A stretch of DNA of 63,501 nucleotides, the filler included. It is 5 parts of 5 records of this genome, joined end to end, with 100 filler letters (N's around TTAATTAATTAA, not from the genome) between each part and the next. Parts side by side here need not be neighbours in the genome. Positions count along the whole stretch, not along the records: positions 1 to 16,686 come from DRR378314_2123; 4 more parts are not named here. The stretch is one strand, 5' to 3'. The notes beneath the pieces are model-generated. The model made no database searches. It saw nothing but the letters and a program-made list of their open reading frames with translations, and was not told where the DNA came from. This document shows positions 1 through 11,893 of the stretch, piece by piece (positions within the stretch are counted from its first letter, which is position 1; every line of letters begins with the position of its first letter). The position numbers and the translations under genes were made by a program.

Positions 1-27
1 CTCGCATCTTGAGGTGGCTTGGGTATA
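1..27. repeat. Terminal end of an ERIC-like MITE (truncated by window start)
   Basis: GCATCTTGAGGTGGCTTGGGTATA resembles the ...CTTGA-N-GGGTATA terminus of ERIC-type repeats; intergenic. Confidence 0.5.
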
Positions 28-120
28 TTAACCAGAGTTCAGGCTAAAAAAAATTTATTGAGCAGTAACCACCTATTGTTTTGTACATAGAAATTAAATA
101 TATGTGCACTACTTTTCATG

Positions 121-2142
121 CTAAAACTTGAAACGCTCAACAGCACTTGTTAAAGAGTGTGCTAATTGATTTACATCTTCACTTTGAGTTGCTAAAGATC
201 CTGCATGGTCAGCATTGCTCTGTGCTTGATCTGTCACCGTGGTCATGATGTGTTTTATTTCATTACTATTATTAAGCTGGTGATGTGAAGAGTCTGCAAT
301 TTGCTGACTCATTTGGTTAACTGTCACTAAAGTGCTTTTTATTTTATCGACTGCCTGCTTTAACTCACTGCTATTAGTTACACACTCAGCAGCTTGTTGC
401 TGTCCGTCATTAATCTCACTCTGTGCCGTATTTGCTTGTTGCTGCAATGTTTGAATCATTGTATGAATTTCATTTGTTGAGCTTTGCGTGCGTGCTGCCA
501 AAGAACGGACTTCATCGGCGACAACTGCAAAGCCTCGCCCATTTTCCCCCGCACGCGCGGCCTCTATAGCAGCATTTAATGCAAGTAAGTTAGTTTGTTC
601 TGCGATGCTACTAATGGTATCGACAATTGCGCCTATCAGCTGTGTGTGTTGTGTTAGTTCTTCAGTACTGCTTACAGCTTGATCTAAACGCGCCAATAGT
701 GCTTGTATTCGCTGGCTGTTTCTATCAGCAATTTGATTTACATCGTTAGAAAGTTGCGATGCATTGGCTATTTCATCTGACGTGCTTTGGGCTTGCCCAT
801 TTACGGTTTGTGAATTATTTAGCATTGTTTGTGCAACCGATGTGGCTTGTGCAATTCGTTCAAGTTGTTGTGCTGCTGCAACAGTCATTTGTTGACCTTG
901 TGCACTTGTTTGAATGGCAGACTGATCAAGTATGTGAGCGTTGTCACTAATATCTGAAAGTAACTTGCCTAAGTCATCGCTGAGCTTGTTTATATTAGAC
1001 AATAGAGTGCCAAACTCATCATCACTTCGAGGGTGTGTACGTTTGGATAAATCGCCCGAAGCTATTCTGGCCAGTGCTTTGTTGACTGCATTTAAGGGTT
1101 TAAGCATCGCGCGGGTTGTAAGCACTGATATTAGGGCGGCAAATGAAAGCAAAATAATACTAATAATAATCGCCAATGAAGAGCCTGTACTAATTGTTGA
1201 CTGAGCGCTTTTTTGTAGTGAAGTAAATCGTTCGTCAGCTAATTGATTTAGTTCGATAATGAGTTTTTCAGTTTCTTGGAATTGCTGCTGAAAACTATTA
1301 AATGCATTCTCAGCGTCTTGACGGCTCATCAAGATAGTTTTTTGTGGTTGGTAAATCGCGGCAAGCTTCTCATTTACTTTATTCATTTTCTCAGTTAAAA
1401 CCGAAAAATCAGCAGCACCGTTTAGCTCGCTTGCTTGTCGTTGCAAGTAGTTAAAGTTTGATTGAACATTATCGAATAGAAAACTGGCATCTTGTTGATG
1501 CTCATCCAGTGTTGCTAATGAGCTGATGTGCTTAATACTTTTCAAATTATTACTTAAGGTAAACAATAAATCGTCAATACGCGTTGCTGTACCTACCATA
1601 GCGTCAAGGATAGGTTGTTGTTCCCGAGTAACCTGTAGTAGTTCTAAATCCAGTAAATCATTACTTAACGCTGTTATTTCTTCTATGTATTGCGTGCTTT
1701 GTGAGGCTAGTTTTGATATCGCATTCAAACCACTTTGTTTGGCGTTAAACATGGCTGTGTTAGTTGTGATTAAGCGCTGGAATTCATCATCAATTTGAAC
1801 AAGTAGTGACTGCATTTTGGGTTGATCTTGTAGTTGCAACTCAAGAATAGCAAGCTTGTCGTTAAACAATTTTTGTTCATCACTAGTTTGTTTTTGTTCG
1901 TGACGCAATTTTGCAATTTTGCTTTGGCTAAACGCCACAGCATTGAATTTTGTGATTGATAAAAGCGAAAGTTGTAATGCGTTACTCTGTTGTTGGACAG
2001 GAACAGCCAGTGTTTCAATGTCTGAATTGGCAACACTAATTTTGCCGAGTGACCAGTAAAAAAAGCCACTACTTAATAGCATTAGTACACCAATTGCAGT
2101 GAAGGCAAATATTACTTTGTATTTAATAGCAATTGACTGCAT
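121..2142 (-). CDS. Methyl-accepting chemotaxis protein (2 TM, large periplasmic domain, HAMP, signalling domain)
   Basis: [37 protein letters not shown] signature; two hydrophobic helices; HAMP DEFGTL. Confidence 0.95.
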   Translation of the reverse strand: MQSIAIKYKVIFAFTAIGVLMLLSSGFFYWSLGKISVANSDIETLAVPVQQQSNALQLSLLSITKFNAVAFSQSKIAKLRHEQKQTSDEQKLFNDKLAILELQLQDQPKMQSLLVQIDDEFQRLITTNTAMFNAKQSGLNAISKLASQSTQYIEEITALSNDLLDLELLQVTREQQPILDAMVGTATRIDDLLFTLSNNLKSIKHISSLATLDEHQQDASFLFDNVQSNFNYLQRQASELNGAADFSVLTEKMNKVNEKLAAIYQPQKTILMSRQDAENAFNSFQQQFQETEKLIIELNQLADERFTSLQKSAQSTISTGSSLAIIISIILLSFAALISVLTTRAMLKPLNAVNKALARIASGDLSKRTHPRSDDEFGTLLSNINKLSDDLGKLLSDISDNAHILDQSAIQTSAQGQQMTVAAAQQLERIAQATSVAQTMLNNSQTVNGQAQSTSDEIANASQLSNDVNQIADRNSQRIQALLARLDQAVSSTEELTQHTQLIGAIVDTISSIAEQTNLLALNAAIEAARAGENGRGFAVVADEVRSLAARTQSSTNEIHTMIQTLQQQANTAQSEINDGQQQAAECVTNSSELKQAVDKIKSTLVTVNQMSQQIADSSHHQLNNSNEIKHIMTTVTDQAQSNADHAGSLATQSEDVNQLAHSLTSAVERFKF

Positions 2143-2218
2143 AACTAACTCATTTCAACAGATTTAATCATTAGTGTAGCAGTGTTTTCTTAAAAAATAA
2201 GATTACCAATAAAAGACA

Positions 2219-2503
2219 TTACTTGAGATTACAGTGAACCTTATTACCATCAATAATTAACACGGCTTCATTTGCTTTTGTCCAAAACAAGACTTCCTCA
2301 CTATTAAATTTGACGCCCGATGCACTGCGCTGCCTAGTTAGTTGGTAGCTTTTGTTAATATAGTGAAGAGTTGCACTTTCAGCATCGTGGCTAATAATAG
2401 TCGCCATTTTTTGATTGTCGCAGGAGTAAACATTTGTGTGTGCTTTTTCAGAGCAAGCGCTTATGGTAAGTAAACTAATGGTAAATAAAATCACTTTATA
2501 CAT
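2219..2503 (-). CDS. MliC-family lysozyme-inhibitor lipoprotein
   Basis: Lipobox ISAC; YSC, SASGVKF, FWTKANEA and C-terminal Cys typical of MliC/PliC. Confidence 0.8.
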   Translation of the reverse strand: MYKVILFTISLLTISACSEKAHTNVYSCDNQKMATIISHDAESATLHYINKSYQLTRQRSASGVKFNSEEVLFWTKANEAVLIIDGNKVHCNLK

Positions 2504-2843
2504 AGAGGATTCGCTGGTTAATTAGAAACCGCTATAGGGTAGCAAATGAAAATTAACCGCTGGTGAAAGTAGATGTTTAAGCTGTGTTGAAGTTAAATTT
2601 TTTGCGCGTAAGGGTCTCACACAGCAACAAGCCCTAAATACAGAATTAGTGTTGAGCTTGAATTGTCCGTTGCGTGGGCGATTACTAAGAGGTTCTTATT
2701 TAATAATGTAAAATTAGTTTATCCAAGGTTACTGATTAGTGCTTAGCGCACAAAGAGAGCTAAACACAAAACAGCTGTGATCACCTAAGTGAGGTTATGG
2801 TATTTCACAAGAGCTATGAGTATGACAGGCACGTAACAGTGTA

Positions 2844-3788
2844 TTATGTCTCACATGTGTAAAAGCGGCATAAGTCTTTTAGTTCTATTTTTGCTTTTCG
2901 GTTACCTTGAGCTGCAGCTTGCTGAAACCAGTAAATAGCTTTATTAATATCTTTGCTGGTACCTTGCCCGTCTTGGTACATTTGTGCCAAATTTAGTTGG
3001 CCCCACTGAGAACCCTCTTCAGCGGCTAACAAAAAGCTCTTAAATGCATCTTCGAATAAATCATCCTTATAATAATTAATCCCTTGTTGGTTATGCTCAT
3101 TGAGCTTAACCCCTTCATAAAGCGGTTTTGGTCTTGGGGGAAACATTACAAAGCCACCATATAAACTATAAGCATGGGGGCGAAGCACATTATAAATAAC
3201 GTCTTGATCGACCATGCGTTGAATCTCAGTACGCGGTAACGTTATCGTTTTGGAAGAAAAGTAATCTCTTTGTACAAGTAAACTCGTACGCATTGCCATT
3301 GTGATACCGCGATCATGCTTATAACGGTAGTTACTAATTTGAAAGGTAATGTATTTATCATCAAACTCAAGTATTTGAGCGATCTTTAAATTTTCTGGGC
3401 GCAGGGGTTCTTGGGCAAACTTATCTGCTTTTACTAAATAAGTATCATATGCTTGTGGAGCATTAATGATCGCTTGTTGTTGTACTGCTTGAGCATGAAA
3501 ATGAGTATAAATGTACAGTAAGGATAAAACGATTACTATCGAGCCTATAAAGTATTTCACTAATGATAGAAGTTCAAACAGTGGTAGCTTTGTTAATGAG
3601 ACAGGTTCACTGTGCTTACATTCGTTGCAGTGGAAATGATATTGCCAAGCTAATGGGATGATAGGCACAATTGCAAAACGCAAAAAGCGGCTGTTATTTT
3701 TTAATTGGTAGTCGTTGCTTTTACAATGAGGGCAGGTCGTGGTTTGACTGAATGACGATACTGAGTCACAGGTATTAAAAAGTAGCAT
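2844..3788 (-). CDS. Membrane protein with N-terminal zinc ribbon and C-terminal Sel1-like repeats
   Basis: CPHC...CNEC; TM helix near aa 75-95; GQLNLAQMYQDGQGTSKDINKAIYWFQQAAAQG Sel1 consensus. Confidence 0.8.
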   Translation of the reverse strand: MLLFNTCDSVSSFSQTTTCPHCKSNDYQLKNNSRFLRFAIVPIIPLAWQYHFHCNECKHSEPVSLTKLPLFELLSLVKYFIGSIVIVLSLLYIYTHFHAQAVQQQAIINAPQAYDTYLVKADKFAQEPLRPENLKIAQILEFDDKYITFQISNYRYKHDRGITMAMRTSLLVQRDYFSSKTITLPRTEIQRMVDQDVIYNVLRPHAYSLYGGFVMFPPRPKPLYEGVKLNEHNQQGINYYKDDLFEDAFKSFLLAAEEGSQWGQLNLAQMYQDGQGTSKDINKAIYWFQQAAAQGNRKAKIELKDLCRFYTCET

Positions 3789-3874
3789 ATACGCCCTCCT
3801 AGCTTTTTTATTAAATTAAAACAAACAAGGGCGTATGCAAAGTACAAAACTGTAAGAAAGTATGTTTACTTAAC

Positions 3875-5275
3875 TTATTTTTTTACAGGCTTTGGTTTGA
3901 TTGTGGTTTTGGCATCAGCAGCCATAAACGCAAATACTGCGTAAGCGGCAGTATTTTGTTTAAGCTTTTCCGGATCGATTTTATCTAAAGTATCATCTGC
4001 TGTGTGGTGATAATCAAAGTAATCAGTACCATCTTGATGAAGGTCAAAAATAGCTGCGCCGTCTGTATTTCTAAGCGGTATGAGATCTGGGCCTCCGCGT
4101 GCACCGTTCTTTGCAATGTATTCTACATTAAGTGCTGAAAGTTCTTTCGCTATTGCACGTACCACAGGTAATGACTCTGCTGATACGTTAGACTCAAAAC
4201 CATACACTACATCAGCACCAAAATCAGATTCTGCAGCTGCTACAATGTTTTTAAGCTCATTAGCATGTTGCTTAAAGTAGGCTTTAGCACCCCATAACCC
4301 TAGCTCTTCAGCAGCAAATAACACTACGCGAATACTGCGTTTAGGGCGTTTAATTTCGCTAATATGTTTAGCTGCGGCCATTGTTAGCGCCACACCTGCA
4401 CCATCATCGAGTGCGCCTGTGCCTAAATCCCATGAGTCTAAATGACCACCAATCAACACATATTGCTCAGGGTTGTGTGTACCATTAAATTGACCAATGA
4501 CATTATAGCCAGTGCCTTGACCACGATCTTCTGTTTGTACATTGATATTAACAGTGACATTTTTATCAAGCGCAATAAGACGAGCAATTTGATCGGCATC
4601 AGGGTTAGCGATAGTGACATTTGGTATCTTAGTCACTCCCTCTTTATAATGGCTACCACCTGTATGAGCAAAGCGGTGTTCTGCAGTACTAACAGAGCGC
4701 ATCATATAGCCAATCGCGCCTTTTTTCGCGGCTTCTACAGAACCTGTAGAGCGTGCACGAACAGCCGGGCCGTACCCGTTACCATCAATATGGCGATTCA
4801 TACGGTAATTAATGTAGGCAATTTTACCTTTTAGGCTATTTTTAGGTGCTGCTATTAGTTCATCAAGGGTTTCAAATAATACCACTTCGCCTGTAATCCC
4901 CTCTTTAGGAGTACTGACACTATGGCCCAGTGCAGTTAAGTGCAAAGGTTGCTCACTAGGCGTTAAGATTTTGCCACTTTCGCTAAAACGACGCCATTCA
5001 GGAAATGTAGCCTTTTCAAGCCATACCTTATCAAAGCCTAGCGCTTTAAATTTAGCCTGCGCCCAAGCTACGGCTTTTTTATCGTTTTCAGTGCCAGGTA
5101 AACGCGGGCCTACTTCTGTAGTAAGTGATTCTAATAATTGATAGCTTAAGTCACTATTGCTGGCACTTTGCCTTAATTGTTCGACTTGTTGCAATTGTTT
5201 ATTGGTAAATTCAGGTTCTGCTGCTGCGGCTAAAAAGCTACTAGCAAGTAGTATCCCGGTGATGATTTTTTTCAT
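3875..5275 (-). CDS. Secreted M28-family metallopeptidase (carboxypeptidase Q-like, PA domain)
   Basis: Signal peptide; GGHLDSWD, GALDDGAG, AAEELGL and YHHT zinc-ligand motifs. Confidence 0.9.
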   Translation of the reverse strand: MKKIITGILLASSFLAAAAEPEFTNKQLQQVEQLRQSASNSDLSYQLLESLTTEVGPRLPGTENDKKAVAWAQAKFKALGFDKVWLEKATFPEWRRFSESGKILTPSEQPLHLTALGHSVSTPKEGITGEVVLFETLDELIAAPKNSLKGKIAYINYRMNRHIDGNGYGPAVRARSTGSVEAAKKGAIGYMMRSVSTAEHRFAHTGGSHYKEGVTKIPNVTIANPDADQIARLIALDKNVTVNINVQTEDRGQGTGYNVIGQFNGTHNPEQYVLIGGHLDSWDLGTGALDDGAGVALTMAAAKHISEIKRPKRSIRVVLFAAEELGLWGAKAYFKQHANELKNIVAAAESDFGADVVYGFESNVSAESLPVVRAIAKELSALNVEYIAKNGARGGPDLIPLRNTDGAAIFDLHQDGTDYFDYHHTADDTLDKIDPEKLKQNTAAYAVFAFMAADAKTTIKPKPVKK

Positions 5276-5488
5276 TATTGACCTTGGCTGTATTTCACGA
5301 GAGCGCTATTAAAGCATTTAATGTAAAACAGAAAAAGCAGATACGATAAAAACCGCTTATCTGCATCTGTTTGACGATAATATCGTCGACTCAATGGTAG
5401 CAATTTGTATATTCTGCTATTATGCAGCATAACTAAGTCGGGCTTTTGCAACGGCTTTTAATGTTTACTTTTTGCACTGGAAATTACT

Positions 5489-6877
5489 TTGACTGCTACA
5501 GCTTTTTCATCTCTCGCTTTACCTTCTGGTTTGGTCGATAATTTATCTACTTTAGGTTATAGCCAAATGACGGCTGTTCAGGCACAGAGCTTACCTCCAG
5601 TACTGGACGGTAAAGATATCATTGCGCAAGCTAAAACGGGGTCGGGTAAAACCGCAGCGTTTAGCTTGGGTGTGCTAGCTAAGCTAAACGTAAAGCGCTT
5701 TCGTATTCAGTCTTTGGTACTTTGCCCAACAAGAGAACTTGCTGAGCAAGTGGCTGTTGAGATGCGCAAACTCGCCCGAGGTATTCATAACATTAAAATA
5801 CTTACATTGTGTGGTGGTGTTTCAATTGGTCCGCAAATCGGCTCGCTTGAACATGGTGCACACATTATTGTTGGTACACCTGGTCGTGTGGATGACCATA
5901 TTCGTAAGGGAACTTTACGTTTAGACGATGTAGAAACTTTAGTGCTGGATGAAGCCGATCAAATGCTCGACATGGGCTTTCAAGATACGTTAGATGCAAT
6001 TATCGATTGCATCCCACAACAGCGCCAAACACTGTTGTTTAGTGCGACTTTCCCGCGTGCAATTGAAGCGGTTGCAAAGCGTGTACTAACTAACCCGGTG
6101 ATGGTTAAAGTCGAAGAAGAGCAAGAAAAAAGCACCATAAAACAGTATTTCTACAAGATGGATAATAACAAGCAGCGCTTTAATACCTTGAAGTTGTTGT
6201 TGTTAAAGTTTCAACCAACAAGCTGTGTGGTGTTTTGTAATACTAAGGTTGAAACACAGCAAGTGTGTGATGATCTAGCCGCTGAAGGTTTTAGTGCCGT
6301 GGCTTTACATGGCGACCTGGAGCAGCGCGATCGTGAACGAACACTCATTCACTTTGCTAATAAAAGTGCCTCTATTTTAGTGGCAACGGATGTAGCCGCT
6401 CGTGGTCTGGATATTGATGATATGGATATGGTTATCAACTATCATTTAGCGCATGACCCGCAAACACATGTTCACCGTATTGGTCGAACTGGCCGTGCGG
6501 GGAAAAAAGGCATTGCGTGTTCAATCTATGGTGATGCTGAGCAGTTCAAAGTGGCGCAAATTGGCGACCATTACGAATGTGATTTTTTGCCGGAACAGCT
6601 ACCACCATTTAGCTTGCTAGAAAAACCACCGTATAAACCAGAAATGGCCACACTAATGATTGACTCAGGTAAAAAGCAAAAAGTGCGTGCCGGTGATATT
6701 TTAGGTGCGCTAACAGGTAAAGAAGGTATTGCAGGCCGCCAAGTGGGTAAAATTAACGTGCTTGATAACGTGGCATTTGTTGCGGTCGAACGCAATTGTG
6801 CAAAACCAGCATTACGTAAATTAACCGAAGGTAACATTAAAGGGCGTAAAATCCGCGCTCGTCGACTCACTCGTTAA
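5489..6877 (+). CDS. dbpA: ATP-dependent RNA helicase DbpA
   Basis: [32 protein letters not shown]-terminal GDILGALT DbpA RNA-binding domain; TTG start. Confidence 0.92.
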   Translation: MTATAFSSLALPSGLVDNLSTLGYSQMTAVQAQSLPPVLDGKDIIAQAKTGSGKTAAFSLGVLAKLNVKRFRIQSLVLCPTRELAEQVAVEMRKLARGIHNIKILTLCGGVSIGPQIGSLEHGAHIIVGTPGRVDDHIRKGTLRLDDVETLVLDEADQMLDMGFQDTLDAIIDCIPQQRQTLLFSATFPRAIEAVAKRVLTNPVMVKVEEEQEKSTIKQYFYKMDNNKQRFNTLKLLLLKFQPTSCVVFCNTKVETQQVCDDLAAEGFSAVALHGDLEQRDRERTLIHFANKSASILVATDVAARGLDIDDMDMVINYHLAHDPQTHVHRIGRTGRAGKKGIACSIYGDAEQFKVAQIGDHYECDFLPEQLPPFSLLEKPPYKPEMATLMIDSGKKQKVRAGDILGALTGKEGIAGRQVGKINVLDNVAFVAVERNCAKPALRKLTEGNIKGRKIRARRLTR

Positions 6878-6885
6878 TTACTTAT

Positions 6886-7470
6886 TTATCTATTTGAGCA
6901 GCTAGCCTTAAGCTGCTCATATTCTTCTCGAATACGTTTAAATACCTCTTCATCCTCTGAGGACTTATCTGGGTGATATTGAAACGCTAATTGTCGCCAC
7001 CGCTTTTGTATCATTTTCAAGCTTGCTTGCTCATCCAGTTGCCATTGTGCAAGAATTGCGTTGCGTTGGCATCTGTTTATTTCGGGCTTTACTGGCGCTG
7101 AGGCTTCAAAGTTTTGCCAAAATTGATTTAATAAAGCATCCACTTCATCTGCAGACGTATCATAGTTTTGCCAATCTAAGTAATAGTCTCTTAAGGGATC
7201 CGCCTGGGTAACTGTGTTTTCAATGGATGTGTCTTCTAATTCAATATGCAAACTTGCAATTGATAAAGTTTGGGCAGGAGCAAGTTGCTGCTGTAATTGA
7301 AACAGTGCGTTCATTATTAAAAAGTTGCGTTTAAATAAATCACGAGAAGGCTCCTCATCTAATGAGGTTATTATGCCGCATTCTGATAGCTCTAGCGCTA
7401 AAGTGTGAACCTTCCATACCTGCTTTGTTAACAGTCGTTCAAAAATCTCATCTATAAGTGGGTTAAGCAT
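6886..7470 (-). CDS. DnaJ-related domain protein with C-terminal J domain
   Basis: LFKRNFLIMNALFQLQ and DPLRDYYLDW N-terminal motifs; YHPDK J-domain motif. Confidence 0.85.
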   Translation of the reverse strand: MLNPLIDEIFERLLTKQVWKVHTLALELSECGIITSLDEEPSRDLFKRNFLIMNALFQLQQQLAPAQTLSIASLHIELEDTSIENTVTQADPLRDYYLDWQNYDTSADEVDALLNQFWQNFEASAPVKPEINRCQRNAILAQWQLDEQASLKMIQKRWRQLAFQYHPDKSSEDEEVFKRIREEYEQLKASCSNR

Positions 7471-7596
7471 TGTTTGAACTCTAGGTAATAGTGTATCTTG
7501 ATAAAATAATTATATACACATGCTACTTGAGTTGTCAGTTAGCTTTCAAGTGAAGCATGTGTCGTTTTAACAGGTTCAAATACCAAGGATACATTT

Positions 7597-10416
7597 ATGT
7601 TAGGTAAGTTTAAGCGGCTATTCTTTATTGCGTTTATTACTGTACTTGGCGTGGTATCTCATGTCTGTTTTGCTCAAGCTCCTTTACTTGAGCAGTTTAA
7701 TCAGGTTGATGATTGGCAGCAAAAGCAAGTTATAGCCGAGCAGTTACTTTCAACACCGCAATTAACACCACAACAACGGTTAGCTATTTATAGTACGATG
7801 GCTGAGCGCGCATTTACTGAAAACGATTACTCATTGGCACTCGATTTCTACCAGTCTCAAGAGCAAAATAGCAATATAAACGACTCTCCTGAGCAATATT
7901 TTCGTTCTATAAAGATGCAAGGCGTAGTGTACTACTATCAAGGGTTAATGAATCAAGCGATTAAAGAGTATAGCCGTGCCTTAGTGGTTGCAAAGCAGCT
8001 AAATAATGCCTTGAAGCAGGCCAACTTGTTGAGCAATATTGGTTTATCTTATTTTGATATGTACAACATGGAGCTTGCATTAGAGCATTACCAAAAAGCA
8101 AAAACGATTTATGAAACGAACGGAAACGCACAAGATAAAGCGGACATACTTCATAATATTGCTGGGGTATATATTAAATTATCGCGTTATGACTCAGCGT
8201 TAGAATTTTATCGTGAAGTGTTAGAGGTATTTCAACAACTCGATGATAAAGATGGCATTGCCCAAGTGTATGGAAACATGGGGGTGGCATACTTTGAGTC
8301 AGGGCGTCATCAATTAGCATTACATTACTATCAATTAGCTTTACGCTATTATCAAAGTATTAATGATGCTTATCAACTGTCAACTCGCCATAAAAATTTA
8401 GCTAACTTAAACCTTAAATTAAATAAAATAGACACAGCCTATTATCATGCGCTTGCAGCGAAAGAGTTTGCAGTTAAAGCTGATAACAAGACTCTTTTAT
8501 TAACTGCATTACATATTTTAGCAAAGGTTGAGTTAGTTAAAGGAGATATCAAGGAAGCAAGACAAAATCTAAACGCGTCTTTTGCCCTTGCTAAAAAATA
8601 TAATAATGAGATGTTGGCGAAGGATGGGTTAGGCATAAACTCGCTGCTGTTAGCAAGCATAGGTGATTATGAGCAAGCTGTTGACTTACATGAGCAATTT
8701 GTTGAATACCAACAAAGTATAAAAAGTGAAGAGGTTGCAAAGGCGCTGACTGTATTTCAAACACAGTTTAAAGCGAATCAACTCAATCAAGAAATCTTGC
8801 AGTTAAAACAAGAGCGAGACTTACAAGATTTGAAAATAGCAAAGCGTTCTCAGCTCGCTATTTTGCTGGCAATAGTAATGGTGCTTGGCTTAATTTGCAC
8901 CATTGCATTGTATCGTCGAGCAATAGAAAAAAAGGCCAAAATTCAATTAGAAGAACAAGTTGAACAACGCACTCAGGAATTGCAATTTGTAGCACAAGAG
9001 TTGCGTTCAGCCAATGAAATTAAAAGCCAGTTTCTTGCCAATATTAGTCATGAAATTCGCACTCCTTTAACTGCTATTCTTGGGCAAACGGATGATCTGA
9101 TCAATGGTTTATATAAACCAAGCGAGTTACAAGATGAACTATTGGTTATAAAAAAGCACAGTGATCATTTAAAAGATTTAATAAACGATGTGCTGGATAT
9201 TAGTAAAATAGAAGCTAATAGGTTAGAGCTGCATTTAACTAAATTTGACCTCGTTGAGTTGGTGAACGACGTATATGAAATGTGCCAAGCTCATGCATCT
9301 CAAAAAGGCTTAAGGCTGACATTTGATAACCAATTAGAACCAAGTCATTGGGTTAAACTCGATTTAATGCGTGTTAAACAGATATTGATTAATTTATTGA
9401 CCAACGCAATAAAATTTACCCATCAAGGTAGTGTGAAATTACGATTGAGCCAAACACAGAGTGGGGTGCAGTTCAACGTGGTTGATACAGGTATTGGCAT
9501 GAGTGTTGAGCAATTGAAAATGGTTTTTGAGTGTTTTCAGCAAGGCGATAACACCATCAGCCGTCGTTTTGGAGGGTCTGGGTTAGGGTTGTCGCTATCG
9601 CAACAACTAGCGATGATGATGGGTGGATATATCAGTGCATTAAGTGAGCCAAATAATGGCAGTGAGTTTATCTTTAATCTGCCATGTAAACAAAAGAGTG
9701 CAGACCCCTCATCGAGCCCAGTTATCAATAACGCCAAGCATGTTCAACTTCAGGGTAAAGTCGTTTTAGCAGAAGATCACCCTGATAATCGCCGTTTAAT
9801 CACACGCTACCTTACTTCTTTAGGGCTTGAGGTAATTGCTGTGAGTGATGGGGAACAAGCAGTTGAACAATGTTTACAACTGTATCCTGATATTGTTTTG
9901 CTGGATATTCAAATGCCTATTATGGACGGGCTCAGTGCTCTTGAGCTACTACAGCAATGTGGCTTTAGTAATCCAATTTACGCTTTAACTGCTAATGCTA
10001 TGAGTCACGAAATTGATAATTATATTGCTAAGGGCTTTACTGGCTATTTAAGTAAGCCTATAGATAAAGAAGTGTTTTATAGTACGTTAGCCAATCAGTT
10101 AGCAAAGAATAATAAATTGCCCATAAATGAAAGCAAAGTCGACATGACTGACTTAACACACAGTTTTATCAGTAGTTTTATTAAAGAAGCAGAGTCACTG
10201 AATACTCACCTTGCGCAACGTGATTACCAGGCGCTACAGCAAGACAGTCATCGTATTCTTGGTGCGGCCCAAATGTTTGCCGTTCAGGATGTTATTAAAC
10301 CAGCTTTAAATTTAGACAAAGCATTATTGAAGAAAAGTGCGCCGTGTGAGTTCGATAAAATAGCTCTATTAACGTCTGAGTTAATTAATGCATTAGAATC
10401 GCACTCGTCAAAATAG
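7597..10416 (+). CDS. TPR-repeat hybrid sensor histidine kinase (HisKA-HATPase-REC-Hpt)
   Basis: Signal peptide, TPRs, [43 protein letters not shown] receiver; HRILGAA Hpt. Confidence 0.92.
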   Translation: MLGKFKRLFFIAFITVLGVVSHVCFAQAPLLEQFNQVDDWQQKQVIAEQLLSTPQLTPQQRLAIYSTMAERAFTENDYSLALDFYQSQEQNSNINDSPEQYFRSIKMQGVVYYYQGLMNQAIKEYSRALVVAKQLNNALKQANLLSNIGLSYFDMYNMELALEHYQKAKTIYETNGNAQDKADILHNIAGVYIKLSRYDSALEFYREVLEVFQQLDDKDGIAQVYGNMGVAYFESGRHQLALHYYQLALRYYQSINDAYQLSTRHKNLANLNLKLNKIDTAYYHALAAKEFAVKADNKTLLLTALHILAKVELVKGDIKEARQNLNASFALAKKYNNEMLAKDGLGINSLLLASIGDYEQAVDLHEQFVEYQQSIKSEEVAKALTVFQTQFKANQLNQEILQLKQERDLQDLKIAKRSQLAILLAIVMVLGLICTIALYRRAIEKKAKIQLEEQVEQRTQELQFVAQELRSANEIKSQFLANISHEIRTPLTAILGQTDDLINGLYKPSELQDELLVIKKHSDHLKDLINDVLDISKIEANRLELHLTKFDLVELVNDVYEMCQAHASQKGLRLTFDNQLEPSHWVKLDLMRVKQILINLLTNAIKFTHQGSVKLRLSQTQSGVQFNVVDTGIGMSVEQLKMVFECFQQGDNTISRRFGGSGLGLSLSQQLAMMMGGYISALSEPNNGSEFIFNLPCKQKSADPSSSPVINNAKHVQLQGKVVLAEDHPDNRRLITRYLTSLGLEVIAVSDGEQAVEQCLQLYPDIVLLDIQMPIMDGLSALELLQQCGFSNPIYALTANAMSHEIDNYIAKGFTGYLSKPIDKEVFYSTLANQLAKNNKLPINESKVDMTDLTHSFISSFIKEAESLNTHLAQRDYQALQQDSHRILGAAQMFAVQDVIKPALNLDKALLKKSAPCEFDKIALLTSELINALESHSSK

Positions 10417-11685
10417 CTCTATCTCATTTTCTTCTGTAGTTTCAGTCGGAGTTACTTCTTTGTGGGTGCGCTTTCTTGGCTGTGTATCAGGGGCATAATT
10501 GCTAACAAGGAAAAAACTAAATTTCTCTTCTAAGCTGGTGGCGAGTAAATGTAAGTCGTTACTAGAAACAGCTTGTATTTTAGAGCTTGAAAGTGCGTCA
10601 GAGTTCAGCTCGACTAGCGAATTGATACTTTCTTGTGACTCATCCGAAAATTGTTTTTGATTACTCACCTGCTGGTTAATAGAGTTTGACATTTCGCTAA
10701 TTTCAAGCACAGCAGTTTCAATGGCTGTAATCTCACTACTTGAGGTTTTAGTCAGAGATACCGTCTGTTGCGCTTCATCGAGTGCTGTATTCATTAACGT
10801 ATGGGCTAAATCAGTGCTATGTTGGATTTTACTGACCATGGCGCTCACTTCTTGTGTCGATTTACTCGTGCGTGACGCTAAGTTTCGTACCTCATCAGCA
10901 ACAACAGCAAACCCACGGCCTTGTTCACCGGCTCTAGCGGCTTCAATTGCTGCATTTAATGCGAGTAGGTTTGTTTGCTCTGCAATAGCATTAATGACCT
11001 CAATAACTGAGCCAATATTATCACTGTCTTGCTTTAGTTGTTTTATATGTTCACTGGTTTGTTCGATATTACTTGCTAATGCGAGTAAGCTTGCTTGGCT
11101 CTTATCAGAATCAATACGCGTTTTTTTTACTGATTCTGTTGCATTCGCAACGGAGGTATAAATTGTTTTAACGTTAACCCCAAGCTCGCTCGAGGTGTTA
11201 AGCATTTTCTGAATTGTTTGAGCAAGATCTTGACCATGAGAATATTGGATTGTGGCTTTTTGAGTCATTGATGCATAAGTATCTCTTAATTCATCAGCCA
11301 TAGGTCTTAATCTATTAGACGAAATTTGTAGCTCTTCAAAAAGGTGCTCAATCGTTGTTAAGCTAGCGTTGAGTGCTAAGCAAGAGGGTGGGATTGAAGG
11401 GTCACTTTCGTCAAATCGAAAAGTAAAGTTAATACCGTCTTTACTAACTAAGTTCTCCATTAATGATTTTAGGTACCTATCTGGAAGCGCTAACCTTCGT
11501 TTAGTAAATAAATAAAAGAAATACACAGGTAATAATATAGTTAAATATAGAGCCACAATAGCAACAGAGGGTAAGTTAAATGAATAACAAATGAGGCCAA
11601 TACTGATAGTTAAAAAGCACTGTAGGGCCACGAAGCCATGGGTAATTGTCATTCTGATTTTCCTTTGTAAAAAGCTATCGACCAA
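10408..11685 (-). CDS. Methyl-accepting chemotaxis protein lacking a periplasmic sensor domain, with C-terminal EIELF tail
   Basis: MCP signalling signature; two adjacent N-terminal TM helices; start codon uncertain; 9-nt convergent overlap with the kinase. Confidence 0.9.
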   Translation of the reverse strand: MVDSFLQRKIRMTITHGFVALQCFLTISIGLICYSFNLPSVAIVALYLTILLPVYFFYLFTKRRLALPDRYLKSLMENLVSKDGINFTFRFDESDPSIPPSCLALNASLTTIEHLFEELQISSNRLRPMADELRDTYASMTQKATIQYSHGQDLAQTIQKMLNTSSELGVNVKTIYTSVANATESVKKTRIDSDKSQASLLALASNIEQTSEHIKQLKQDSDNIGSVIEVINAIAEQTNLLALNAAIEAARAGEQGRGFAVVADEVRNLASRTSKSTQEVSAMVSKIQHSTDLAHTLMNTALDEAQQTVSLTKTSSSEITAIETAVLEISEMSNSINQQVSNQKQFSDESQESINSLVELNSDALSSSKIQAVSSNDLHLLATSLEEKFSFFLVSNYAPDTQPRKRTHKEVTPTETTEENEIELF

Positions 11686-11848
11686 CTTATTTTTTGAATG
11701 ATTAGAGTTGGTTTTAAATAAGTATAGTTAAAAAAGCCCAGACGACAAAAAATGTTTCACTACATAAATGAATTTAAAGATATTGTGGGGTAGACACTCT
11801 GTTTTGAGTGGAAGATAAATAGAGAGGGTATAGTAGATTGATAAAAAC

Positions 11849-11876
11849 AAAAAAGCTCGCCATTAAGCGAGCTTTT
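11849..11876 (-). terminator. Intrinsic terminator downstream of rho
   Basis: AAAAGCTCGC-cattaa-GCGAGCTTTT hairpin with a T tract on the minus strand. Confidence 0.75.
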
Positions 11877-11893
11877 CAAAAGTATATTTATGT

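Noticed and set aside
2504-2843. 340-bp intergenic region as an sRNA or riboswitch
   Set aside because: No recognisable motif, strong structure or terminator by eye.
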